Assembly (NCBI RefSeq): GCF_018350175.1
Contig: NC_058368.1
Span: 221,900,001-221,964,000 of the forward strand
Reading direction: 5' to 3'
DNA from: Felis catus
Taxonomy: Eukaryota
DNA length: 64,000 bases
The translations under genes were made by a program, and so were the position numbers. A model generated the notes under the pieces. That model made no database searches and was not told where the DNA came from. It saw only the letters and a list, made by a program, of their open reading frames with translations. Numbering within the stretch: position 1 is the stretch's first letter; each line of letters begins with the position of its first letter. Positions 1 to 10,731 of this stretch are shown piece by piece.

Positions 1-59
1 TGTAGGCCTCGCTGGGTTCCGCTCTCCTGTCTGACCCGGCATTCCCATGCCAGCTCCCC

Positions 60-312
60 TTCAGGGAGTCAGATATTTTACATGACCTTACGTGGTTCCA
101 AGGCAGAAACTGGCAGTCCTCTTAAATGCCAGGCCCCAGGACTGGCATAAAGTCAAATGCCACACTGTACGACTGATCCAAGCAATCATTGGCCAGTTCC
201 CATTCAAAGGACAGAAGACAGACTCGCTGCTCAAGTCATGAGCAGCGAGTTCCTTGGAAAAAATGCCAAGGAACGTGTAACAGTTCCACTGTTATTTTTG
301 GTCACTGCACCA
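60..312. mobile_element. Ancient ERVL-MaLR LTR fragment (MLT1J/K-like)
   Basis: Segment ggactggcataaagtcaaatgccacactgtacgactgatccaagcaatcattggccagttcccattcaaagg resembles the remembered MLT1 consensus; very diverged, boundaries approximate. Confidence 0.45.
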
Positions 313-354
313 AAAATAACGTTCTTTCATTCTGTAGTTACTTTAGTGTGTTCC

Positions 355-558
355 CTTTATTTTTTATTTGTTTTTATTTTTGAAAAAGAGAGTCGGAGTG
401 CTAGCAGGGGAGGGGCAAAGAGAGAGACACACACAGAATCTGAAGCAGCCTTCAGGCTCTAAGCACAGAGCCAGATGTGGGGCCCGAACCCACTAACCCT
501 GAGATCATGACCAGAGCCAAAGCTGGATGCTTAACCCACTGAGCCGCCCAGGCACCCC
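355..558 (-). mobile_element. Can-SINE (SINEC_Fc-type)
   Basis: T-rich tail, (GA)n, and reverse-complement head ending gagccgcccaggcacccc. Confidence 0.95.
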
Positions 559-1143
559 TCATTCCATAGTTTTTCAAAAACTGGCTGAATGTTTGTTGTT
601 TTCTTGCATGGTACTCTAACATTGACTTAGGAGTTCTTTGATCTAGACACATTTAAATGCACTCAGCTGCTTTTATATTCAACTCGGAGTACAGAGAATA
701 TTTTATAATGAAGTTTTCACAGCAAAATAATAAGTTTCAAAGAATAAATTCTCATCAGTTTTAACTGAAAAACTCACAAAGCCCAAACCATAAGCTAGTG
801 TTATCATTGGATTCCTATTTTTAACACTAACAGTGAAATAACAGTCTTTTGTAATGATTATTAAAATATAAACCCAGATGTGCCAAACTACTCCCTATTT
901 CTGTTGGAATACTAAAATCATAGTATTTCTTTGTGTTGGCAAGTAGGTAGTAAAAGGCAGTATAATAACTATACACGTTGTTAGAAATATTTACATAATT
1001 ACTTCACCTGGCAAATTGTGATTATGCTTAGAAAGCTGTTATACCAGCAGAAATTATAATTGACCCTTTTGTAATATTTAATTTTAGCTTTATTGCGGCA
1101 TAATTGACATTTAAATTTGTAAGATATTTAAAGTATATCTTGT

Positions 1144-1339
1144 GGGGTGCTTGGGTGGCTCAGTCAGGTCATGATCTCATAGTTCATGAGTTCCTTTTCT
1201 GTGTCGGGCTCTGTGCTAACAGCTCAGAACCTGAATGGAGCCTACTTTGGATTCTGGCTCCCTCTCTCTCTGCCCCTCCCACTCTAGTGCTCTGTCTCTC
1301 TCTCAAAAGAAAAAAACAAAAACAAAAACATTAAAAAAA
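1144..1339 (+). mobile_element. Can-SINE with internal head deletion
   Basis: ggggtgcttgggtggctcagtcag head, CT-rich region and A tail; imperfect TSD ttaaagtatatcttgt / ttaaagtatacattgt. Confidence 0.95.
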
Positions 1340-1833
1340 TTAAAGTATACATTGTGGTGGTTTGATATATGTATATATTGTGAAAAGATTCTCTCATGTA
1401 GTTCATTAACACATCCATCACCTCCTATATTGATCTGTGTGTGGGGGGAGGGCGGAGAGAGAGAGAGAGAACACAAATTCTAATCTCTTAGCAAATTTCA
1501 GTGCACAGTGTACTGTTACCAACTATAGTCACCATGTTTTACATTAGATCCTCAGAACTTATCTTACAGCTCAAATTATAGACCCTGTTACCAACCTCTC
1601 CCTCTTTCTCCTACTCCCAGTCTCTGGCAACCACATTTCTACTCTCTATTTCATGAATTTGAAGTTTTGTTTTTGTTTTTTGTTTTTTTTTCTGAGTCTG
1701 TGTGTAAGTGAGGCCATGCAGTATTTACCTTCCTCTGTCTGACGTAGTTCACTTACCATAGTGTCCTCAAGTGCCTCCCGTGTTGTCCCAAACGCCAGGG
1801 TTTCCTTCTTTCTCATAGCTTATTAAAATTCAA

Positions 1834-1834
<1 letters not shown>

Positions 1835-1872
<38 letters not shown>
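1835..1872. repeat. (CA)n microsatellite
   Basis: Direct reading. Confidence 0.98.
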
Positions 1873-1873
<1 letters not shown>

Positions 1874-1989
1874 CATGTCTTCTTTATCCATTCATTTGCT
1901 GATGGAAATTTAGGTCATTTCCATATCTTGGCTGTTGTGAGTGATGCTGCAAAATCCAGGAATTGTGGCTGAGACACCAATTCAAACAG

Positions 1990-2117
1990 CTGGGTTCTGG
2001 ATGCCACTAATTTTCGTGTATTGATTTTGTATTTTGTAACTTTCCTGAATTCATTTACTAGGTCTAACGGCTTTTTGGTGGAGTCTTTAGTATTTCCTAC
2101 AGACAATATCATGTCAC
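1990..2117 (-). mobile_element. L1 ORF2 reverse-transcriptase fragment
   Basis: Translates to DMILSVGNTKDSTKKPLDLVNEFRKVTKYKIN, homologous to [32 protein letters not shown] in the full-length L1 of this window. Confidence 0.85.
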
Positions 2118-2339
2118 AGGGAAATCCAGCTGGATTCATATTCAATTTTTAACTTAATCCCTTCACAACAATATGAATTTAGGTGATTAGAGACTGGTGG
2201 TGTCTTCCCTGCAACTGTGTGTTTCATCGATGCACACGAGAGAGCTGTAAGTGTTGTGGCCCCATCCTGCAAGGTGCAGAATGCGAGCAGGGGGATCTGG
2301 GTGGGCAGTTCGTTCCAAAGCCATTGACGTAGCAACATC

Positions 2340-3620
2340 TGCTGATGTGACTTTTGTTGTTAAGATTTGGTGTCTAACATCTTTGTTATTGTAAACAATG
2401 CTAGAATGACAGTTATACACCAAAGCGTATTATTAAACATTTTTAATTAAAGTTAACTAATATGATAGGTAAAAACATCATTGCGTTGTTGTTTTCTCAA
2501 TTCCCATCGTTTAATTGTTAGTGACTCTAAACATTTTTCCATGTGTTTTATAGCCATATATATATACATATGTGTGTGTGTGTGTGTGTGCGTGTGTGTT
2601 TTGTGCACAAGAAATTTTACAAGAAGTTATTTCAATATTTCTTATCATCTTTAGTTCACCTACATTTTCAACAAATTAGCCCTTAGTCTCTTCTATCTGG
2701 TTAAATTATTTTATCAGATTGTCATTTGTATTTCTAATTTTTTTAAATTACTGCTATATTAGTAGTTGTTCTGGTTGGTTGATTTGTAAATATTGCTGTT
2801 ATTGTCGAGGTGTTAAAATAAAAAATGTATAATAAAATTCATCAATGTTTACATTGAGGATTATAGTGTAATAATTTTCATTTAAAAAAACCACAGTTTG
2901 GGATTACTCATTTTAAAAATGTCCACATACTTACAGGAAAGAAATTTCATTGAAACAATTTTTTTAATGTTTATTCTTGAGAGAGAGAGAGAGAGAGAGT
3001 GAGCAGGGGAGGGGCAGAGCAAAAGAGGGACACAGAATCCTAAGCAGGCTCCAGGCTTTGAGGTGTCAGTGGGGCTCGAACTCACAAGCTGTGAGATCAT
3101 GACCTGAGCCCAAGTCGGACGCTCAACTGACTAAGCCACCCAGGTGCTCCAATTTGATTTTTTTAAACTCTGCTCATCCTGGGATTTGCTGTGATGCAAG
3201 TAAAACTCTAAACTCTAAAAAAGATTTAGAGTTTATTTTTTATTGATGAAATTGCTCTTAGGCTCACAATTATAGATTCAAACACCTGTGCTTGTATGCT
3301 CAGTTTACCATGTTTCACTTCAACACAAAATACAGAACTATAAGTATTGCCATAAATGTTGATACGCTACAAATTGGCATGCTACGGTTAAGCCTTTTTT
3401 GATCAATGCTCTGTGATTGCAATTTATCAATTTATCTCAATTGTTTGGTTTTCTAAAATCATATTAATCATATTAATTAATAGTTAATAATTAATCAAAT
3501 TAATCTTTTATTTTAAATTCTACATTCCATTGCTTTACTTGTGTTTAACATGGCAGTTTTTCAGTACCAAAATACTTTGCTCATTGGTCATTTTCAATTG
3601 TGCTCTTAACTTGTGATAGG
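2340..3620 (-). mobile_element. Ancient L1 (L1ME-like) ORF2 3' debris, interrupted by a SINE and (TG)n
   Basis: Degenerate antisense ORF2 motifs (tgataggtaaaaacatcattgcgttg...aaacatttttccatgtgttttatagccat). Confidence 0.55.
2959..3150 (-). mobile_element. Can-SINE
   Basis: Poly-T, (GA)n, and head ending ctaagccacccaggtgctcc. Confidence 0.95.
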
Positions 3621-3687
3621 AAACAAGGAAGTAAGCAAGCAGGCTACCCCTCAGGGCTAATGCCACAGGCTAATTCTAAATGGTTTT

Positions 3688-3917
3688 TTAATTTTTTTTT
3701 AATTTTTTTTTCAACGTTTATTTATTATTTTTGGGACAGAGAGAGACAGAGCATGAACGGGGGAGGGGCAGGGAGAGAGGGAGACACAGAATCGGAAACA
3801 GGCTCCAGGCTCTGAGCCATCAGCCCAGAGCCCAACGCGGGGCTCGAACTCACCGACCGCGAGATCCTGACCTGGCTGAAGTCGGACGCCTAACCGACTG
3901 CGCCACCCAGGCGCCCC
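3688..3917 (-). mobile_element. Young Can-SINE (SINEC_Fc-like, CpG-rich)
   Basis: Many intact CpGs; head ggggcgcctgggtggcgcagtcgg on minus strand; perfect 13-bp TSD tctaaatggtttt (3675-3687 / 3918-3930). Confidence 0.97.
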
Positions 3918-5649
3918 TCTAAATGGTTTTAAAGTGATTAAATTCATTACCTCTATGCAGATATGATTAAATGAAATAATAAGTGATGAGGGTAAACTGT
4001 AGATTGCTACATTGGATGACACGGCATCATGGGATTTTAGCAAACATTAGTAGACCACAAACATTTATTTCAAAAAGTTGAATATTTAAATGTAAAAAAC
4101 CTTTTAGAAATTAATTTTTTCCTTCAGGTGTTAGACCAATATTCACATTTTAAAAACTTGAAATGTCTGCGTCTTACTTTGTTTATATTCAGGGGGTCCA
4201 GTTATTCACCTGAGGATCAATGCCAACATCATCCCAAATAAAAAATGTTGACTGTCTGATTCATTTCCCGTGATACTTGAAGTGCAATGTTGCATTTGGG
4301 TTGGAAGCTCATAAATCTTTGAGGTTGAGTGGAGTGAGATTCCTAAGTGCACTTTGTTCTGAAAGCATTAAAGATGAGATTTGAAGCTCTCCCACTACAG
4401 CACTATAGTTTATGTGCAGGTGATACTATTGTAAATGACAGTCTATTAGTAATCTAATCAATAATTTAAGTGTTCTACCCTGGACTGAAATATCCACAAG
4501 GGAAGGAATTCCAAAAATAATACATTTGATGTTTGGATAAAAGAGATTTGGCGTTTCAGAGTAGTGGTTCATCCAAACCGGAGTGCCGTATTTGCAAACC
4601 CTCCCACGTTCATTAATGATTTAAAAACATCTACTGTCTTTCAGCAATACTTTTTTTTTTCCATTATTTATTTCCACCAATGTGGGGATAATTAATTTCA
4701 CTTTTTCACTCCAGATTGTGATTGAACAAATATACTTTATGGCATGCCCTGCATATCATTGTTCTGGCATACATATATTTCTCACCTGACAGGAGTGTTA
4801 CAATCGTGGCCATAGAGTTAGTTCATCATTAACTGTTTCTGGTCAATTATATGTAACTTACCAACTAACATCCAATCATTAACATTGAAAGCTCATCAAC
4901 TTCTAAACTTAGTTTCAACTGAATTATTAACCTAGAATTACAAATCATGAAGTCCTAAGGGAAGAATAAATAAAATATTAAATAAAAGCACATGTGTTAA
5001 ATTAAAACTTCTATTTAAAAAAGAAACAACACACTGTTTTGTAGTAGTTTTCAGTTTACTTTTTTGATAGAGTATTGCAAACTCTGAGTTGATCACGTCA
5101 CGTATTTTATATTTAAAAAATTAATAGGGTTTCCTAAGATCATTTAAAAAATCAGAGCAATAATAAACTAAATTGCATAAAACTATCAGAAATTTATTTG
5201 CACCTATTTAGTTATTGCAATTTGCACTGCAAGTTTTTCGGCTTATGTTAGCTGTCTTTGTTTGCTTGTTTATTTGTTGTTTTTTCTTCTAAGACTAAAA
5301 GTAGCAATGTGCCATGTTAGGGAAAAATTTAAGAACAAGTAAACTCTTGTGTAATAACAGGAGCATCATGCAGTCAATTCTGACTTAAATGTAAGAATGA
5401 TTCACATTGTGGGAAAAATTAATCTTAATAATGTCCTTGCCCATTTGAAAATATACAATTGTGTTTGTGATTTAGAAAAATACAATCCTAAATATTCTTA
5501 GAAAATTTTTGTTGGTTTATGGGTCTATCCAATAGAGCAGGTGTTACTGATAAGCACATAAGTGTATTTAGAAATGAATTAGAAGGATGAAGAACAAGTG
5601 TGTTTTGGGAAAAGTCTTTTAATATGGTGGGTAACATAATTCATTTTCA

Positions 5650-6030
5650 AATATTTTTATTAAACTGTAATATGTATGTAGGGAAACGCACATGTCTTAA
5701 ATGTAGTAGTCAACTAATTTTGAATTGACACATATGTAATCAACCTGACATTGAAATTAATATTACCAGTGTTTCAGTGTCACAATTAGTTTAGAACCAC
5801 GTAACGATTATCCTGACTTTTAATCTGCAAGATTGTTTGTGTGTGTGCTTCTGTACTTGGTGTACATGGAGCCAAGTAGAAAATCTCAGAGATTTTTTGC
5901 TCAATATAATGCCCGTGAGATTCCTCCATATTGATGCATGTTCTGTACATCCTTTATTATTACTGTTATATATAATTCAATGTACTGAGTACTGTAAGTT
6001 TATGTATTTTTTTCCGTAGTCATCTGACTC
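5650..6030 (-). mobile_element. Ancient L1 3' end (L1ME-like)
   Basis: ttgctcaatataatgcccgtgagattcctccatattgatgcatg resembles antisense L1M 3' consensus. Confidence 0.6.
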
Positions 6031-6093
6031 ATAAAAAAAAAGGCACCCTGGACTACTCTTATTTCTCTTTGCTTTTTAAGAATCATACTTTGT

Positions 6094-6303
6094 GGGGAGC
6101 CTGGGTGGCTCAGTCAGTTAAGCATCCGACTTTGGCTCAGGTCATGATCTCATGCTCCCTGAGTTCAAGCCCTGTGTTGGGTTCTGTGCTGATAGTTCGG
6201 AGCCTGGAGCCTGCTGCAGATTCTGTGTCTCCATCTGTCTCTGCCTCTCCCCTGCTCACGTTTTCTCTCTCTCTCTCTCAAAAATAAATGAACATTAAAA
6301 AAA
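6094..6303 (+). mobile_element. Can-SINE
   Basis: Full head, CT region and A tail; perfect 15-bp TSD aagaatcatactttg (6078-6092 / 6304-6318). Confidence 0.97.
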
Positions 6304-6364
6304 AAGAATCATACTTTGCTCTGGACAAATTTACTTGTGGGAAGATTGTTAAAAACATTAAATT

Positions 6365-6394
6365 TCTTTTTATTTAATTTTTTAATTTTTAGTT

Positions 6395-6457
<63 letters not shown>

Positions 6458-6647
6458 TTTGAGAGAGAGACAGAGACAGAGCACAAGACGGGGAGGGGAA
6501 GAGAGAGAGGGAGACAGAATCAGAAGAAGGCTTTGGGATCTGAGCTGTCAGCACAGAGCCCGACCGGGGGCTCCAATTCATGGACGGGGACATCATGACC
6601 TGAGCCAAAGTCTGACACTTAACCGACTGAGCCATCCGGGTGCCCCC
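6365..6647 (-). mobile_element. Can-SINE with expanded (TTTC)n/(TC)n tail
   Basis: 13-bp TSD aaaacattaaatt (6352-6364 / 6648-6660). Confidence 0.97.
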
Positions 6648-6739
6648 AAAACATTAAATTCCTAATATAGATATAGGAATACTATTTATTTATTCTCTTA
6701 TTATTTATTTCTTCTATTTATTTAGTTTTCATCTGTCCA

Positions 6740-8200
6740 TTTCATTAAAAGTATCGAATTTATTGTCATAAAGTGGTTCATGTTACTTCCTTACTATCTT
6801 TTTAATATCGGTAGATTCTGTAATGATACCGCCTCTCATTTTTGATTATTTTTTTTATAATTTGTGCATTTTTCCCCACCTTTTTTTTTTGAATCTTCAC
6901 AAAGAACGAGTTTATGGCTTTTCTCTTGCTTTTCTGTTTTGTATTTGTGGGATTTTTTCAGGTATCTTTATTATTTTCTTTCTTTTGTTTACTTTGGGTT
7001 TCATTTCTTCTTCTGTTTTGGTTTATTATGGTGGAAGCTAAGAGACATATCTTCTTTTCTACCATGAGCATCCAGAGCTAAAATTATCTAAGAAGAACTA
7101 CAGTTGCAGCCAACAATTTTTTATGTGCTGCTTTTCATTTTCATGAAGCTCAAAATACTTTGCAGTTTCTCTTTTAATTTATTGCTTGATTTATAGGTTA
7201 TTTGGAATAGATATAGTCATTTTATTACCAAATATTAGGTATTTCCCAGATATGTTCCTGGTACTTATTTCTAATATATATGTATTGTCATCAGAGAAAG
7301 ATTATATTATTTGAATTTTCTCACATTTTTTGAGGCTTGTGATATAACCTAGAATATAGTTGATATTATAAACGCTCCATGTATATTTGGAAAAAAATGT
7401 GTACTAGGCTGCTCTTTTCTCAGCATTTTATAAAAATCAGTTAAGTCATGTTGATTGATAATTTTAATTCCTTCGTATCTTCGTTTCTGTTTTGTTGTTC
7501 TATTAAATATTGAGAAAGGGGGTTGAAACATTATACTGCAACTGTCGATCTATTTCTCCTTGAAGTTTTGTCAGGTTTGTTCATATATTTTATTTTTATT
7601 TGTGTATTTATTTTTGATGTGACACAGGAGTCTTTTGTTAGCTTTTCTTTGCTTTTTAAAAATGATTTTAATTTCACTATAGTTAACATACAGTGTTATA
7701 TTGTCTTCAGGAGTACAATACAGTGCTTCAACAGTCCCATATTGGACTCAGTGCTCATCAAGATAAACATAGTCTTAATCCCCATCACCTATTTCACTCA
7801 TCCCCCAACTCACCTCTCTGGTAACTATCAGTTTGTTCTCTATACTTAAGAGTCTGTTTTTTGAGTTTGTCTCTTTTGTTGTTCATATATGTTCAAGCTT
7901 TGTTGTAAGGGGCAAAGACGATTAAGATTACTATGTATTTTTTGGGAATTAACTTCTTTTTTCCTTATAAATGACCATTTTTATCCCTGGTTATAGTCTT
8001 TGCCTAAAATCTCCAGTTTTATTTTGATTATTGTAAGCATTTTATACCTTTTATTTTTATATAATGCCTGTCTTTATATTTAATGTGTGATTCTTGTAGG
8101 TAGTATATAGTTGGGTTTTGCTTTTATCCAACATTAAATTTTATATCATTTGTGGTGTCTGGGCCATTTACATTTAGGGTTATTATTGATTTATTTGAAG
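6740..8200 (-). mobile_element. Old L1 ORF2 5' (endonuclease) region
   Basis: Minus translation IINQHDLTDFYKML...THFFPNIHGAF resembles the L1 EN segment QMDLTGIFRTFHP...YTFFSSAHGMF seen at 47683-47886. Confidence 0.7.
7589..7878 (-). mobile_element. 5'-truncated carnivore L1 3' end nested in older L1
   Basis: gttaacatacagtgttata...ctctggtaactatcagtttgttctctatacttaagagtctg matches carnivore L1 3'UTR; 12-bp TSD ttgttcatatat (7577-7588 / 7879-7890). Confidence 0.8.
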
Positions 8201-8399
8201 TTATGCTTAAAATTTTAGGAAAAATATGTTAATACAGAATATACTGAGGACTTCTGAAACTAAAAAAAAAAAAAAGAAACAATTAAATGTTGTTGAAAGT
8301 TTTGAAAAGTAACTACAGATGACTTCAAATGAAGAACCAAAAGAAATCCTGGAAAAAAAATATTTAAGATGAACTAATGAAAAAAAAATATATCAAAAG

Positions 8400-8730
8400 G
8401 AGGAAAGAATAATTTCTGACACTGACGAACAAAGAATTAACCCAAATTGATATAACCCTCTGGAACATTTGTATCCATAAGAACAGAGTCCTGAAATATG
8501 TAAAGTATAAGAGTACATGGAAAACTATCAAAATCTGATTTTAAAGAGGAATATATTCCAGTAACATAAAAAGGTTTGATACTAAATAACATCACAACAA
8601 GCTTGATTGTACAGACCTAGATATAATTTTGACATAAAAATAAATGAAATATTCATTGTAAAGCATTCATTGGATGATTATGCATATTGAAAAGCCTCTA
8701 GGCCGGAAGTTATCAATAGATTTCAATAAA
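8400..8730 (+). mobile_element. Very old L1 endonuclease-region fragment
   Basis: A-rich, with degenerate motifs resembling INKLDL.DIY...EY.F on the plus strand. Confidence 0.4.
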
Positions 8731-8779
8731 TTATTTGAGAGCAATTTACAACTCGGATATTCCATCTTTAGTGTTGTTT

Positions 8780-9800
8780 ATTAGAAACAATGTCATTCTC
8801 CTTCATAACAGCAGTATAACCATCTTCATAACTACAATGTGACCATCATATTTCCATCATATTAGGAAATTAACTTTGACAGATTACTATCATCTACTCC
8901 ACTGATCATATTCAAGAGTCTCCAATGGCACCAATATTGCTCTTCATATAAAAGAATCCAATCAAAGATAATGGGTTCCATTTATTTGTCATGTTTCTTT
9001 TGTCTTCTTCACATATGAAAAAAATTCCCAAGACTTTCGTTGATTTTTGTAATGTGGTTTTGAAGTTATTGGCAAGTTTTGTTTTACCTAATATTAGTCA
9101 CATTATATTTAAAGTATGCATTTTCTTTCAAGAATATCACTTCATTCTTTCAAGTGGTGTATAATTTTGACTTGTCATATTAGTGATGAACTAATTTGAT
9201 CACTTCATTTGGTGCAGTCAGCCAAGTTTCTCCAGGGTGAGGTAACTGTTTGCCCCTTTGTATCTAATAAGTGTTTTTTGGCGGGGAGAACCATTTTTAA
9301 AATATACAATTTTCCATTTTTCATGGAACTTTCACTCCGAGTTTATGCATCCATTGATATTTTATGTCAAACTCCATCACATTTTGCCATAGCTGCCATA
9401 TGGTGATTTTCTAATTCCAACACTTCCTTATGTTTTTAAATTTCCCTTTTACTAAAAGAAAGTACACTCTTTCCCCTCCCTATTCATATATATATTTATT
9501 AATTTGTCACTATAACTACATATAGCCATTTTTCTTAAGGAACCTTGATTTCTTTTAATGGAGAATGGATGTTGGACACATTATGCTCATTATGCTCTTA
9601 ATTCTCACTTTTTTAAAGGACATCACTAGAGCACACACACACACACACACACACACAGGTTTACATTACATATTTTTTTTCCCAAATATCTATCATATAT
9701 CTGCTGAAAACCATGAGTTTGTATTTTTATTTCCAATTCCACACCAGGTGGAACATAATCTAATCTTCCTCTTCCTTTTTACTTTTGCATCCCCCAACAC
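8780..9800 (-). mobile_element. L1MC4/5-like 3'UTR fragment
   Basis: tagtgatgaactaatttgatcacttcatttggtgcagtcagccaagtttctccagggtgaggtaactgtttgcccctttgtatctaataagt matches remembered L1MC consensus. Confidence 0.65.
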
Positions 9801-10511
9801 TGGAGTACTCCAATGACACTCACTGTTTCCCCAAAGTAATATGTTTCACAAATAAAGACTCCATTTATTTCCAAAAGTTTGAGCTTTTTACCCTCCTGCT
9901 GTGGGTTAGTTGTCTAAATAAAACTCACTTAATTTGAAATTTCTTTGCGGTGATCTGTCTCCTAGATCACTTCTGCTATCTAACATCAATTAATTTAATA
10001 GTTTAGTCAAAACTTGCATTTTGATCCTCTGTTCCATGTATATTTGCTGCTATGGCAAGAAAAATCTTATTTACCCTATATATTGTTAAAGATCGAGGTA
10101 GAATATCTGAAAAAAATTTTAATAAGATTGTTCTATAGCTTAAAATGTTCTAAAAGAGGGTAGTCTGAACTCTGTTAATACACTTACCTACATCAGTAGA
10201 ATAACATATTATTAATATTTTTTTTCACCTTCTTACTCCTACTGTATGATACCATCTTACAGAACTCCATGATTTGGATTCAAATAGGATCTGAGTTACA
10301 ATTCCAAACTTCTTACACTAAATTGATAAGGGAAACAGAGCTTATAATTCTTTTTTACCTGAATAAAAGGTATAGAATGACAACTATGCAACCATACTAA
10401 AGAATATGCAATTTACATGCCTAATATGTGGGGAAAAGCCCACAGTTGATTATGTTAATTTTTCCCTGAATTAGTAAATTATGAGGAAAATAGCAATAAT
10501 AATAACTTGCC

Positions 10512-10731
10512 TGGGCATCTGGGAGGCTCAGTCAGTTGATAGTCAGACTTTAGCTTGGGTCATGATCTCACAGTTCGGGAGTTCGAGCCCCGCATTGGGA
10601 TCTGTGCTGACAGCTCAGAGCCTGGTGCCTGCTTCAGATTCTGTGTCTCCCTCTCTCTGCATCTCCCGTGCTCATGCTCTGTCTCTCTCCGACTCTCAAA
10701 AAATAAATAAATGTTAATAAAAAATTAAAAA
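10512..10731 (+). mobile_element. Can-SINE
   Basis: Head with B-box-like gagttcgagccc; 11-bp TSD aataacttgcc (10501-10511 / 10732-10742). Confidence 0.97.

Larger units (their letters stand above)
1080..1950 (-). mobile_element. Old L1 3' end (L1MA-like), interrupted by a SINE
   Basis: Antisense L1 3'UTR and ORF2-end motifs (aactatagtcaccatgttttacattagatcctcagaacttat; tttatccattcatttgctgatggaaatttaggtcatttccatatcttggct). Confidence 0.8.

Noticed and set aside
4110..4250. Acceptor-like sites (ttttccttcag at about 4127; tttatattcag at about 4192)
   Set aside because: No convincing paired donor; frames close quickly; peptides not recognisable.
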